DNA of 58,443 bases from a virus. Its lineage: Duplodnaviria > Caudoviricetes. Shown piece after piece: positions 9,120 through 17,968 of the stretch (positions are counted from its first letter, which is position 1; every line of letters begins with the position of its first letter). Made by a program: the position numbers and the translations under genes. The notes below the pieces were generated by a model, which was not told where the DNA came from, ran no database searches, and worked only from the letters and a program-made list of their open reading frames with translations. The DNA lies in the IMG/VR virus record IMGVR_UViG_3300020151_000200, positions 1 through 58,443 of that record. One strand, given 5' to 3'.

Positions 9120-9132
9120 GGTGATATATAAG
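9120..9132 (+). promoter_or_regulatory. Putative late-type promoter element (GGTGATATATAAG)
   Basis: Same core as at 392; about 38 nt before the groEL ATG. Confidence 0.45.
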
Positions 9133-9158
9133 TTATATCAATTTAATCAAATAAAATT

Positions 9159-10703
9159 ATGTCAGACGCTATAGTCAAAAACTTAAGTTTCGGGAAAGAA
9201 GCCAGCGATAAAGTATTTGCTGGAATAGAGAAACTAGCCAAAGCGGTTAGTTCTACATTAGGGGCAAGTGGTAAATGTGTTCTTTTAGAAGATACAACCG
9301 GCAGACCTATAATTACAAAAGATGGTGTAACAGTTGCGGATTCTATTATATTGTTAGATCCTGTAGAAAATATGGGAGCTACATTATTAAAAGAAGCAGC
9401 AAGAAAAACCGTTAGAGAAGCAGGGGATGGAACAACAACAGCAACAGTATTAGCTCACGCTATTTTAAAGAATGCTTACAAAGTTGAAAATCCAAACGAA
9501 AGAAAAATAAAAGAGGGTATAAACTCAGCGGTAGATAAAGTAATAGATTATCTAGAAAAGATAAGTATAACTGTTGATGATAATATGTTGGATCAAATTG
9601 CGACTATATCAACTAATAATGATCCTGAATTAGGCAAGTTAGTTGGAGACGCATTTAGATCTGTTGGAAATACAGGAGTTGTAATGATGGAAACATCATC
9701 TAATCCTGAATGCAGTTTAGAATTGGTTGAAGGTATTCAATGTGATATGGGATTAAAGAACATGCATTTTGTAACTAATCAAAAAAACAAAACCGCCGAA
9801 CTAGATAATCCATTAGTATTATTAGTTGAATCACCAATAGATAACATAAGACAAATACAATCAATATTAGAATATGTTATAAAGAATAACAAATCATTAC
9901 TTATAATTGGGGATATGGAAGCAATGCCATTATCTACATTAGCAATGAATAAGTTAAAAGGTAACATAAAAATAAATGTTATTGATGCTCCTACATTTGG
10001 AGTGAATAGAAAAGAAATATTTGATGATTTAGCATTGCTTACAGGAGCAACCGTAATCAATGAAGATCTTGGCGATGATCTAGATTTAATACAGCCAGAA
10101 TTACTTGGTACTTGCGTTAAAAGTATCACTAGTCAAGAAGAGACAATATTACATATAAGCGAAACTCCTGAGAGAGTATTGGAAATAATAGACGATATTA
10201 AAAAATCTTTATTAGAAAATCCTACGGCGACAAAAGTAATAAAGTTAGAAAAAAGATTAGCAAGATTGACAGGTAGAATTGCTTTAGTTAAAGTCGGGGC
10301 TAATTCAGAGATAGAGTTAAAAGAAAAAGCAGATAGAATTGAAGATGCTATTTGCGCAACCAAGGCAGCGATTAAAGAAGGTATTGTGCCAGGAGGAGGA
10401 ATTGCTTTATTAAATGCTTCTCATAACATAGATACCTTCTCACTTGGTGAAGAAATATTATTAGATTCTATTAGAGCTCCATTTAATACTATATTAGATA
10501 ATGCGGGTATAGAAAATGCTCCTTTAGAAACAATATCAAAAGTAGGGTACGGTTTAAATGTTGTAACAGGTAAAACTGTTAATATGATTGAAGTCGGAAT
10601 AATTGATCCATTACTTGTTACTAAAAGTGCATTAAGAAATGCGGCATCTGTAGCAACAACTATATTATCAACTGATTGTGTAATTAATAATTTACGCGCA
10701 TAA
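9159..10703 (+). CDS. groEL: Phage-encoded chaperonin GroEL (Cpn60)
   Basis: ITKDGVTVA, AGDGTTTATVLA, RIEDAICATKAA, GIVPGGG and GIIDP motifs. No C-terminal GGM tail. Confidence 0.97.
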   Translation: MSDAIVKNLSFGKEASDKVFAGIEKLAKAVSSTLGASGKCVLLEDTTGRPIITKDGVTVADSIILLDPVENMGATLLKEAARKTVREAGDGTTTATVLAHAILKNAYKVENPNERKIKEGINSAVDKVIDYLEKISITVDDNMLDQIATISTNNDPELGKLVGDAFRSVGNTGVVMMETSSNPECSLELVEGIQCDMGLKNMHFVTNQKNKTAELDNPLVLLVESPIDNIRQIQSILEYVIKNNKSLLIIGDMEAMPLSTLAMNKLKGNIKINVIDAPTFGVNRKEIFDDLALLTGATVINEDLGDDLDLIQPELLGTCVKSITSQEETILHISETPERVLEIIDDIKKSLLENPTATKVIKLEKRLARLTGRIALVKVGANSEIELKEKADRIEDAICATKAAIKEGIVPGGGIALLNASHNIDTFSLGEEILLDSIRAPFNTILDNAGIENAPLETISKVGYGLNVVTGKTVNMIEVGIIDPLLVTKSALRNAASVATTILSTDCVINNLRA

Positions 10704-10963
10704 TGAAAGCAGTTGGTAAAAGATTAATTATAGAAAAAGTAAAAGAAGGTACTACAGAAACAAAGGGAGGCCTTCTATTAGCTGAAAATCACAGAGAAGA
10801 TATTAGATATATAGAAGCCAAAGTTATTAGTGTTGGCGATGAGGTAGTAGGCGTTAAAGAAGGTGATAGTATATTTTATGACAGACATAATGGTCATAAG
10901 ATAGAACCCGGGAAAGAAACTTATTACGTTATACGGTTAGACGATGTTGTAGTTGTATTATGA
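10703..10963 (+). CDS. groES: Co-chaperonin GroES (Cpn10)
   Basis: MKAVGKRLII, TKGGLLL mobile loop, VISVG, VKEGD; coupled to groEL. Confidence 0.93.
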   Translation: MKAVGKRLIIEKVKEGTTETKGGLLLAENHREDIRYIEAKVISVGDEVVGVKEGDSIFYDRHNGHKIEPGKETYYVIRLDDVVVVL

Positions 10964-11421
10964 GTCGTTTAGAACCTTCAGATATTAGAGACATAGGGTT
11001 ATTAAAACACTATAGAATAATACGTAGATGGGCTTGCAGGAATAATGATTTGACAGACGCGGATTTAGAATTACTAATCTATTTTGATTGTATGGAATTT
11101 TTTACCAAACAAGATTATAAAATAGGTACTTATGCTTACAGTTGGGACAATAAACGCTGGAACAATTTATTAAAAGAAGGGTGGATAGTGGTTTGGAGAA
11201 ATAGAAACCATACAACCCAAAAATACAATATATATAAAGTTTCATTTAAGTGTAAACAACTAATAAGTAGAATGTACCGTATAATGCTTGGTAAAGAAGA
11301 TCTGCCAACAAGCCATAGAAATATTATAATGAGTGGTAAAACTCATATGGACAAGCTTAGAATAACCGCTATAGAAAACGTAAATAAAGATAAAACAAGA
11401 ACACACTATGAAGATGATTAA
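10960..11421 (+). CDS. Hypothetical protein, possibly winged-helix
   Basis: 153 aa. LTDADLELL...LLKEGWI pattern; coupled to groES. Confidence 0.65.
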   Translation: MSRLEPSDIRDIGLLKHYRIIRRWACRNNDLTDADLELLIYFDCMEFFTKQDYKIGTYAYSWDNKRWNNLLKEGWIVVWRNRNHTTQKYNIYKVSFKCKQLISRMYRIMLGKEDLPTSHRNIIMSGKTHMDKLRITAIENVNKDKTRTHYEDD

Positions 11422-11632
11422 TCAAACACCTATAAATCCAAAGGGGTTTACAAATATGAATAATATACAGGGGATGTATGGCGCGCAAGTTCCAAACACA
11501 TTTACTAGGGATGTTAATAATCCTTATGATCCAACAAGCGCATTAGCGACTAATCCAGGGGTATCTCCAACACCACCACCAACTGATGTTGAAACACCTA
11601 TTGTTCCACCTTATGATATAAACAACTATTAA
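11408..11632 (+). CDS. Pro/Asn-rich hypothetical protein
   Basis: 74 aa, tiles the operon. Confidence 0.6.
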   Translation: MKMINQTPINPKGFTNMNNIQGMYGAQVPNTFTRDVNNPYDPTSALATNPGVSPTPPPTDVETPIVPPYDINNY

Positions 11633-11634
11633 TT

Positions 11635-11853
11635 ATGAATTTAAACGCAAAAAAACATCCAATGACAGTTCTCGATAGAGAGGCTAAATTATCTGGGGTT
11701 GGAGCCAATGCGGTATGGGCTGGTCCATTTGACACAACCTCATTCCCAAAAGGTAAAGGATCAAGTTCAGGCAAAGATGGTATTGTATTCAATAACGTTA
11801 AACCTGTTTGTGATCCAAGAGCAATTACACAACGAGCTAAAGGAAGATACTAA
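11635..11853 (+). CDS. Hypothetical protein
   Basis: 72 aa, tiles the operon, AATTATG start. Confidence 0.65.
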   Translation: MNLNAKKHPMTVLDREAKLSGVGANAVWAGPFDTTSFPKGKGSSSGKDGIVFNNVKPVCDPRAITQRAKGRY

Positions 11854-11854
11854 T

Positions 11855-12001
11855 ATGAAAAAGAAAGTTATATCTGAGTATGGAGGAAAAGAAAAGTATC
11901 CTTCAAAAGCCGCTAAAGCAAAGCACGAAAAAAAAGAAACCAAATCTTTTGAAAAGAAGGAAGCAAAAAAAATGCCTCCTACAAAAATGAAAAAATGTTA
12001 G
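11855..12001 (+). CDS. 48-aa Lys-rich protein
   Basis: 3' part of track ORF 11699..12001. ATG 11855 directly follows the upstream stop; ends PPTKMKKC. Confidence 0.7.
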   Translation: MKKKVISEYGGKEKYPSKAAKAKHEKKETKSFEKKEAKKMPPTKMKKC

Positions 12002-12052
12002 TTATTAACATTCTTTATATATAAACAATAACCAAAACTAAAACTAAAAACA

Positions 12053-12340
12053 ATGTTCAAATTTATCTCAATCGCTACAACTGTAGCAGGTGCGCAACCA
12101 ATTCTTTTTAATGTAGCAAATATTACTGCAGTATCTTGGCTTAGTACAACTACTTTTGCTATTTATACGGGAGAAGTATTTTATACTTTTGTAACAAGCA
12201 CTGCTGGAGCTTCCAGTACTGTTGCCGCTGTAAACGCTGCTATTTTTGCACAAGGGCCAACATTAGCTCCTGTTGCAATACCTGCAGGCGTTACTATTGG
12301 TGCTTTGCCAACTGTACAACCTGTAGTTGTGCCAGCATAA
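12053..12340 (+). CDS. Ala/Thr/Val-rich protein, possible capsid decoration protein
   Basis: 95 aa, strong A-rich leader, followed by a hairpin. Confidence 0.6.
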   Translation: MFKFISIATTVAGAQPILFNVANITAVSWLSTTTFAIYTGEVFYTFVTSTAGASSTVAAVNAAIFAQGPTLAPVAIPAGVTIGALPTVQPVVVPA

Positions 12341-12347
12341 TATTAAT

Positions 12348-12385
12348 TTAAATTCCCTATAGATATACTTTTATAGGGAATTTAA
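12348..12385. terminator. Hairpin or terminator
   Basis: Perfect 14-bp stem TTAAATTCCCTATA / TATAGGGAATTTAA with a 10-nt loop. Confidence 0.7.
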
Positions 12386-12402
12386 TAATATTTATTATTT
12401 AT

Positions 12403-12717
12403 ATGTCTTTTAAGATGAAAGGTTTTCCGTATAATGTGGATAACACTCCTGTTTATAGTACCGATATGGACGGCAATATTTTAGGTATGGCACAATCTAA
12501 TGGAACTATATTAGTGAATAAAAATATATCTCCTTTAGAATTAAAAAAGAATAAAACTATATCACACGAGAAAGTACATATAGATCAAATGAAACGGGGT
12601 GATCTGGATTATAATGATTCGCACGTTATTTGGAAAGGCAAGAAGTATCCACGTTCTAAAATGAAAGAAGGGGCTAAAAATCTGCCTTGGGAAAAGGAAG
12701 CTTATAAAAAGCAATAA
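12403..12717 (+). CDS. Small zincin-like metallopeptidase
   Basis: TISHEKVHIDQ (HExxH) and downstream PWEKEAY; MSFKMKG leader. Confidence 0.7.
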   Translation: MSFKMKGFPYNVDNTPVYSTDMDGNILGMAQSNGTILVNKNISPLELKKNKTISHEKVHIDQMKRGDLDYNDSHVIWKGKKYPRSKMKEGAKNLPWEKEAYKKQ

Positions 12718-12722
12718 ATACG

Positions 12723-12735
12723 CGTAATAATAATA
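12723..12735 (+). promoter_or_regulatory. Putative late-type promoter element (CGTAATAATAATA)
   Basis: Same core; about 37 nt before ATG 12761. Confidence 0.45.
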
Positions 12736-12760
12736 ATATATAACTTTAATTAAATATATT

Positions 12761-13129
12761 ATGAAAAAATTATTAGTATTATTAGTGTGTTTAGGATTTT
12801 TTAGTGTTAACGCTCAGAAGATGTCTCCTGCTTTTTTAGAAGGTGATTGGACTTCAAGTGGGGAAGCAACTGAATTAACTTTTGAAAAAACAAATGGGGA
12901 TAAATTATTAATATCCGAAATTTCTTCTACATCAGGTATACCACTTAAAGTGTTAAGACACAGGATTAAAAAAAATAATTTATATATTGAATCTTTATTT
13001 GAGCCAAACAATTTTTTGTCAATATCAAGATTTATTATTATTGATCAAGATACCATGGTGGCAGATATAATTAGTGATGTGCCAGGACAGGTTATTTATA
13101 AAAGAATATTAAACTATAAAACAAATTAA
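12761..13129 (+). CDS. Secreted or periplasmic protein, lipocalin-like
   Basis: Sec signal MKKLLVLLVCLGFFSVNA followed by Q (Bacteroidota-type); LEGDW motif and beta-strands. Confidence 0.7.
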   Translation: MKKLLVLLVCLGFFSVNAQKMSPAFLEGDWTSSGEATELTFEKTNGDKLLISEISSTSGIPLKVLRHRIKKNNLYIESLFEPNNFLSISRFIIIDQDTMVADIISDVPGQVIYKRILNYKTN

Positions 13130-13132
13130 AAA

Positions 13133-13582
13133 ATGAATACTCCATTCAAAATGAACCCTGGCAGAGGCAATAACCCTAAAACAGGGTATGGCATTCCAAC
13201 ACCATTCAAACAAAAGACTAACCCAAACACAAAAGAAGGTTACGCTAATATTTCTTCAAAGTCTGCCACAAACATGGATACAGAAATACAAGAAAATAAA
13301 AGAAGACTATTAGTAGAAGCACAAGCAAAAAGCGATAGTGTCTCAGCAGCTGGAACGCGAAAATTATCCGGAGGAAATAAATTTCAACAAGGATTACAAG
13401 GTAATTTAGCCGCCAATAGAACCAGAAGTGCAGGTGGAGCGGGCGATATGACGGTACTAAGAGGTAAATCAACTGGCTCTGGAGGGTTTTTATCAGGAGG
13501 AGATGTTACTTATACAAGACAAAATCCAGTAGAAAAAAACTTTACTAAACTAAGACAAAATAAAAAAACAGGGGAATATTAA
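13133..13582 (+). CDS. Basic Gly-rich protein, putative internal virion protein
   Basis: 149 aa. Leader contains TPFKM and TPFKQ motifs. Confidence 0.65.
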   Translation: MNTPFKMNPGRGNNPKTGYGIPTPFKQKTNPNTKEGYANISSKSATNMDTEIQENKRRLLVEAQAKSDSVSAAGTRKLSGGNKFQQGLQGNLAANRTRSAGGAGDMTVLRGKSTGSGGFLSGGDVTYTRQNPVEKNFTKLRQNKKTGEY

Positions 13583-13584
13583 TA

Positions 13585-13824
13585 ATGAAAAATCTATCTA
13601 CAAAAGGTTATAAAAAAAATAGTCCTGACAAAGATAGACCTTATAATGTAATACCTAGCGGGGAAATCACTATGAAAAATGTGGAGTTTCCCGTTTTAGG
13701 TATAGATAATAAAGGTAATTCAAAAGTAATGAAACCAGGTAAAGATTATAGTTATCCAGGTGATACTGTATTAGAGATACCTATGAAGAAATCAACAATA
13801 TATAATAAAATATTTAAAAAATAA
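13585..13824 (+). CDS. Conserved small phage protein
   Basis: IPSGEITMKNV.FPVLGID...MKPG.DY.YPG..V.EIPM module, recalled from Bacteroidota phage proteins. Confidence 0.65.
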   Translation: MKNLSTKGYKKNSPDKDRPYNVIPSGEITMKNVEFPVLGIDNKGNSKVMKPGKDYSYPGDTVLEIPMKKSTIYNKIFKK

Positions 13825-13827
13825 ATT

Positions 13828-14133
13828 ATGGGACAATTTGGAAATCAACCAGATTTTGGAACAAGAGCAGCAAACGGAAATCCAGCAGGACGTGGAACTT
13901 CGGATTTAGAAGATACAAGACCTTTAAATGGGGCGGCTTTATATATAGGTAAAGGTGGCGACTTAGTGTGTAATGTAGTAGGAGGAAATTTCAACGACGC
14001 AGGCTTTCCTAATACAACAATTTTTACAAACATACCTGATGGTACATTTTTTCCAGTTATTGTAAACAATGTTTGGACAGATAATGGTAATGAGATAACC
14101 ACTACTTGTGATAATATTATAGCTCTTTACTAA
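13828..14133 (+). CDS. Putative structural protein
   Basis: 101 aa. ALYIG.GGDL...F.NIPDGTFFPV.V..V...T....IIAL beta-rich motif. Confidence 0.65.
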   Translation: MGQFGNQPDFGTRAANGNPAGRGTSDLEDTRPLNGAALYIGKGGDLVCNVVGGNFNDAGFPNTTIFTNIPDGTFFPVIVNNVWTDNGNEITTTCDNIIALY

Positions 14134-14405
14134 TGAGAATGGGTATTGGTATTGGTTGGCCTAATGCTAGTGCATCTAATACCTTCCAAGGTGTTTATTT
14201 TGCAATAGAGGCTATTTGCGAAGGAGACGTTCTCCCGGGTTATACTACTCAATTAGTAGATAATTCCTTATATCAGTCTGGTGATTTTGTTGATTTTGAA
14301 ATTGATGATCAAACTGGGAGACTTGCATTAGGGGATATAGTAGAGACTATTGGGGATAAAGTATTTAATATAAGCGGACCGGTATATACAAGTTGTCCCA
14401 CATAA
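14133..14405 (+). CDS. Putative structural protein (MGIGIG N-terminus)
   Basis: 90 aa, coupled to the previous gene (TAATG). Confidence 0.6.
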   Translation: MRMGIGIGWPNASASNTFQGVYFAIEAICEGDVLPGYTTQLVDNSLYQSGDFVDFEIDDQTGRLALGDIVETIGDKVFNISGPVYTSCPT

Positions 14406-14427
14406 AATAAACAAACAATTAAATTAA

Positions 14428-14694
14428 ATGGAAAACACAAACAAAATTACAGACAAACAATTAGAAACTATTGTTAATCAACAAAAAGATATGAGTGCGC
14501 TATTATCTAATATAGGGTTACTAGAATCACAAAAGCATGGGTTCTTACATCAAATTGCAGAAGTGAATAAAAGAGTAGAAGAATTCAAATCAGAATTACA
14601 AGCGCAATACGGAGATATTAATATTAATATTGAAGATGGCTCTTATACTTATATAGATAAACCTGAAGAGGTTAAATTAGAAAAAGTTGAATAA
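14428..14694 (+). CDS. Coiled-coil hypothetical protein
   Basis: 88 aa, heptad pattern ending YGDININIEDG. Confidence 0.7.
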   Translation: MENTNKITDKQLETIVNQQKDMSALLSNIGLLESQKHGFLHQIAEVNKRVEEFKSELQAQYGDININIEDGSYTYIDKPEEVKLEKVE

Positions 14695-14921
14695 TGAGTT
14701 CTGTTATTAGAAAAATAAGTATAGGCACAGACTATAAAAATGACGCAATGCATTACTCTGTAGGCCAAAACGTTTACGGGGGCCATGCAATATGTAATAT
14801 TATATTTGACGATAATGACACATCGTATAATATATATATTAAAAAAGAAGATGAAGTCATGCCATGGAAGAAGTTTAATTCTAATATGGCTATTTCAGTT
14901 GAATACGATTTAGAATATTAA
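14694..14921 (+). CDS. Hypothetical protein
   Basis: 75 aa, IRKISIG.DYK.DAMHY.VGQ; coupled on both sides. Confidence 0.7.
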   Translation: MSSVIRKISIGTDYKNDAMHYSVGQNVYGGHAICNIIFDDNDTSYNIYIKKEDEVMPWKKFNSNMAISVEYDLEY

Positions 14922-15529
14922 TGAGAAGTATATTTAGTTTTATTGTAAAGCCAGTAGGTGAAAGATATAACAATAAAGTTAAAGTTGCGGATAAAGAATT
15001 AATAATCAATACTAAGATTGAAAGTTTTAAATCCGTAAATAATGTAGCAGAAGTCGTTGCAGTGCCTTTAGCTTATTCAACTGATATTAAAGTTGGGGAT
15101 ATAGTTATAATTCACCATAATGTTTTTAGGGTATTTTATGATATAAGAGGAAATAAAAAAAATAGTAGATCATACTTTATGGATGATTTATATTTTTGTG
15201 ATCTGGATCAAATATACTTATATAAGAATACAGGTAAATGGAAAGCGTTTGGCGACAGATGTTTTATTAAACCAATTAAGAATAAAGACTATTTAAACGT
15301 AGCTAAAGAGCAAAGACTTATTGGTATACTAAAATATGGAAATAGTTCCTTAGAAACGCTTAAAATAAACGAGGGAGACCTTGTTGGATATACTCCTTAT
15401 GGAGAATTTGACTTTGTTATTGATGGACAAAGACTTTATTGTATGAAATCTAATGATATTGTAATTAAATATGGACATAAAGGAAACGAAACAGAATATA
15501 ATCCAAGCTGGGCACAAAGCAGTTCTTGA
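14921..15529 (+). CDS. Tandem GroES-like (two Cpn10 domains) protein
   Basis: Domain 1: FIVKP...AEVVAVP...IKVGDIV. Domain 2: KAFGDRCFIKP...INEGDLV.Y..YGEFDFVIDGQRLYCMKSNDIV. Confidence 0.7.
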   Translation: MRSIFSFIVKPVGERYNNKVKVADKELIINTKIESFKSVNNVAEVVAVPLAYSTDIKVGDIVIIHHNVFRVFYDIRGNKKNSRSYFMDDLYFCDLDQIYLYKNTGKWKAFGDRCFIKPIKNKDYLNVAKEQRLIGILKYGNSSLETLKINEGDLVGYTPYGEFDFVIDGQRLYCMKSNDIVIKYGHKGNETEYNPSWAQSSS

Positions 15530-15746
15530 ATTAATTAAAGTTGCAGAGGAAGCTATCTTAGATAATGGGGATGATGATTTATCCGCAGATAAATTAAAGA
15601 ATGCCGCAGCAACAAAGAAGTTAGCCATATTTGATGCTTTTGAAATTCTAAGTAGAATACAGGATGAAACCCGTATGTTAGAAGAAGAAGATAAAGATCC
15701 TACAATAAAAACTTTTAAAGGTTTTGCAGAAGGGAGATCTAAATAA
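15471..15746 (+). CDS. Putative terminase small subunit
   Basis: 91-aa helical protein immediately upstream of and coupled to TerL. Confidence 0.5.
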   Translation: MDIKETKQNIIQAGHKAVLELIKVAEEAILDNGDDDLSADKLKNAAATKKLAIFDAFEILSRIQDETRMLEEEDKDPTIKTFKGFAEGRSK

Positions 15747-17968
15747 TGTACGAGCAAACACTTTATAAAATACTTCCTGACTACGTAAAACAATCGGTGA
15801 TTAAACAACAAAACCGATATAATAAATGGAAATACGGTTATAATAAAGAGCATGACTTAATTATTATAAGCAAAACAGGTAAGATTGGAGAAATATACGA
15901 GATACAGAATTTAAGGATCGCTTTACCTTTAATTGACGAGTCTTATAAAAGAACTCCAAAGAAAGAAGAGCAATACTGGGAGCAATTAAAAATGCCAAAA
16001 GAACTTGAAAAAATAAAAAGCGTATTTGATTGGAATAAATATCCAGATAATTTCAAGGAAAAATGGTATGATTATGTAGATAATGAATTTAAACGTAGAG
16101 AAGAAGGCTTCTCGTTTTATAATAATGGAATTCCTACATATATAACCGGCACACATTATATGTACTTACAGTGGAGTAAAATTGATGTTGGTGCGCCAGA
16201 CTTTAGAGAATCAAATAGATTATTTTTTATATTTTGGGAAGCCTGTAAAGCAGATCCAAGATGTTATGGAATGTGCTATTTAAAGAATAGACGTTCCGGG
16301 TTTTCTTTTATGTCTTCTGCTGAGTTAGTTAATCAAGCAACTATATCAAGTGACTCACGATTTGGAATCTTATCAAAAGCCGGAGCAGACGCTAAAACAA
16401 TGTTTACAGATAAAGTTGTTCCAATCTCTCTTAACTATCCTTTCTTTTTTAAACCCATACAAGACGGTATGGATAGACCTAAAACAGAACTCGCTTATAG
16501 AGTACCTGCTTCAAAGTTTACAAGAAGAAAACTAGATAGTCAAGAAAATCCTGAAGAACTTGAAGGTCTTGATACAACAATAGATTGGAAGAACACTGGA
16601 GATAACTCCTATGACGGTGAAAAACTTAAATTACTAGTTCATGATGAGAGCGGTAAATGGTTAAGACCTGATAATATATTAAATAACTGGAGGGTTACTA
16701 AAACCTGTTTAAGATTAGGTAGTCGGATTATTGGTAAGTGTATGATGGGTTCAACATCAAATGCTTTAGATAAAGGAGGAGACAATTTTAAAAAACTATA
16801 TTATGCTTCAGATGTCACGAAAAGAAACCGCAATGGCCAGACTAATTCAGGATTATATAGTTTGTTCATACCTATGGAATGGTCGTACGAGGGATTCATT
16901 GATACTTATGGCCTACCTGTCTTCGACACTCCAAAAACCCCAATCAAAGGAATTGACGGAAACGAAATAGATTATGGTGTTATTGAACACTGGCAGAACG
17001 AGGTTGATGGTTTAAAAACTGATTCTGATGGATTAAACGAATATTATAGACAATTTCCAAGAACAGAACAACACGCTTTTAGAGACGAAACAAAACAATC
17101 TTTATTTAACCTTACGAAAATATACGAGCAAATTGATTATAATAATGATCTAAGAAATTCAAATATATTAACAAAAGGTAATTTTCAATGGGAAGGTGGT
17201 ATACAAGACACTAAAGTTGTATTTTATCCAAACAAAGACGGTAGGTTTTTAGTATCATGGATTCCTCCTTATCATTTACAAAATAAAATAATATTAAAGA
17301 ATAGTATGAAATATCCTGGTAATGAGCATATTGGCGCATTTGGTTGTGACCCTTATGACATATCAGGAACAACAGATGGTAAAGGATCCAAAGGGGCTTT
17401 ACACGGATTAACTAAATTTTCAATGGAAGATGCTCCATCTAATACATTCTTTTTACAATATATATCGAGGCCTCAAACAGCTGAGATCTTTTTTGAAGAC
17501 GTGCTTATGGCGTGTATATTTTATGGTATGCCGATATTAGCGGAGAATAATAAGCCGAGGCTATTATATCATTTTAAAAGAAGAGGCTATAGAGGCTTCT
17601 CAATGAATAGACCGGATAGAATATTTAATAAACTATCTGCAACAGAAAGAGAGATAGGTGGAATACCAAACTCATCACAAGATATAATACAAGCCCACGC
17701 AGCAGCAATAGAAACTTATATAGAAGATTATGTGGGTTTAAATGAAGTGGGTTACGGAACAATGTATTTTCAAGATACGTTAGAAGATTGGGCAAGGTTT
17801 GATATAAATAAAAGAACTAATCATGATGCTTCTATTAGTTCAGGATTAGCAATAATGGCTTGTAATAAAAACAAATATATGCCCACTGAAAAAAGAGAAA
17901 TAGTGTCTGTCCCTTTAGGTTTTAAGAAATATAATAATCAAGGAACTACATCAAAAATTATTAAGTAA
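15746..17968 (+). CDS. terL: Terminase large subunit
   Basis: Walker A LKNRRSGFS, Walker B LLVHDESGK, motif MGSTSN, nuclease FGCDPYD and HDASIS. Confidence 0.93.
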   Translation: MYEQTLYKILPDYVKQSVIKQQNRYNKWKYGYNKEHDLIIISKTGKIGEIYEIQNLRIALPLIDESYKRTPKKEEQYWEQLKMPKELEKIKSVFDWNKYPDNFKEKWYDYVDNEFKRREEGFSFYNNGIPTYITGTHYMYLQWSKIDVGAPDFRESNRLFFIFWEACKADPRCYGMCYLKNRRSGFSFMSSAELVNQATISSDSRFGILSKAGADAKTMFTDKVVPISLNYPFFFKPIQDGMDRPKTELAYRVPASKFTRRKLDSQENPEELEGLDTTIDWKNTGDNSYDGEKLKLLVHDESGKWLRPDNILNNWRVTKTCLRLGSRIIGKCMMGSTSNALDKGGDNFKKLYYASDVTKRNRNGQTNSGLYSLFIPMEWSYEGFIDTYGLPVFDTPKTPIKGIDGNEIDYGVIEHWQNEVDGLKTDSDGLNEYYRQFPRTEQHAFRDETKQSLFNLTKIYEQIDYNNDLRNSNILTKGNFQWEGGIQDTKVVFYPNKDGRFLVSWIPPYHLQNKIILKNSMKYPGNEHIGAFGCDPYDISGTTDGKGSKGALHGLTKFSMEDAPSNTFFLQYISRPQTAEIFFEDVLMACIFYGMPILAENNKPRLLYHFKRRGYRGFSMNRPDRIFNKLSATEREIGGIPNSSQDIIQAHAAAIETYIEDYVGLNEVGYGTMYFQDTLEDWARFDINKRTNHDASISSGLAIMACNKNKYMPTEKREIVSVPLGFKKYNNQGTTSKIIK

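Noticed and set aside
11699-11854. N-terminal extension of track ORF 11699..12001
   Set aside because: Overlaps ORF 11635..11853 out of frame; ATG 11855 directly follows that stop and is the better start.
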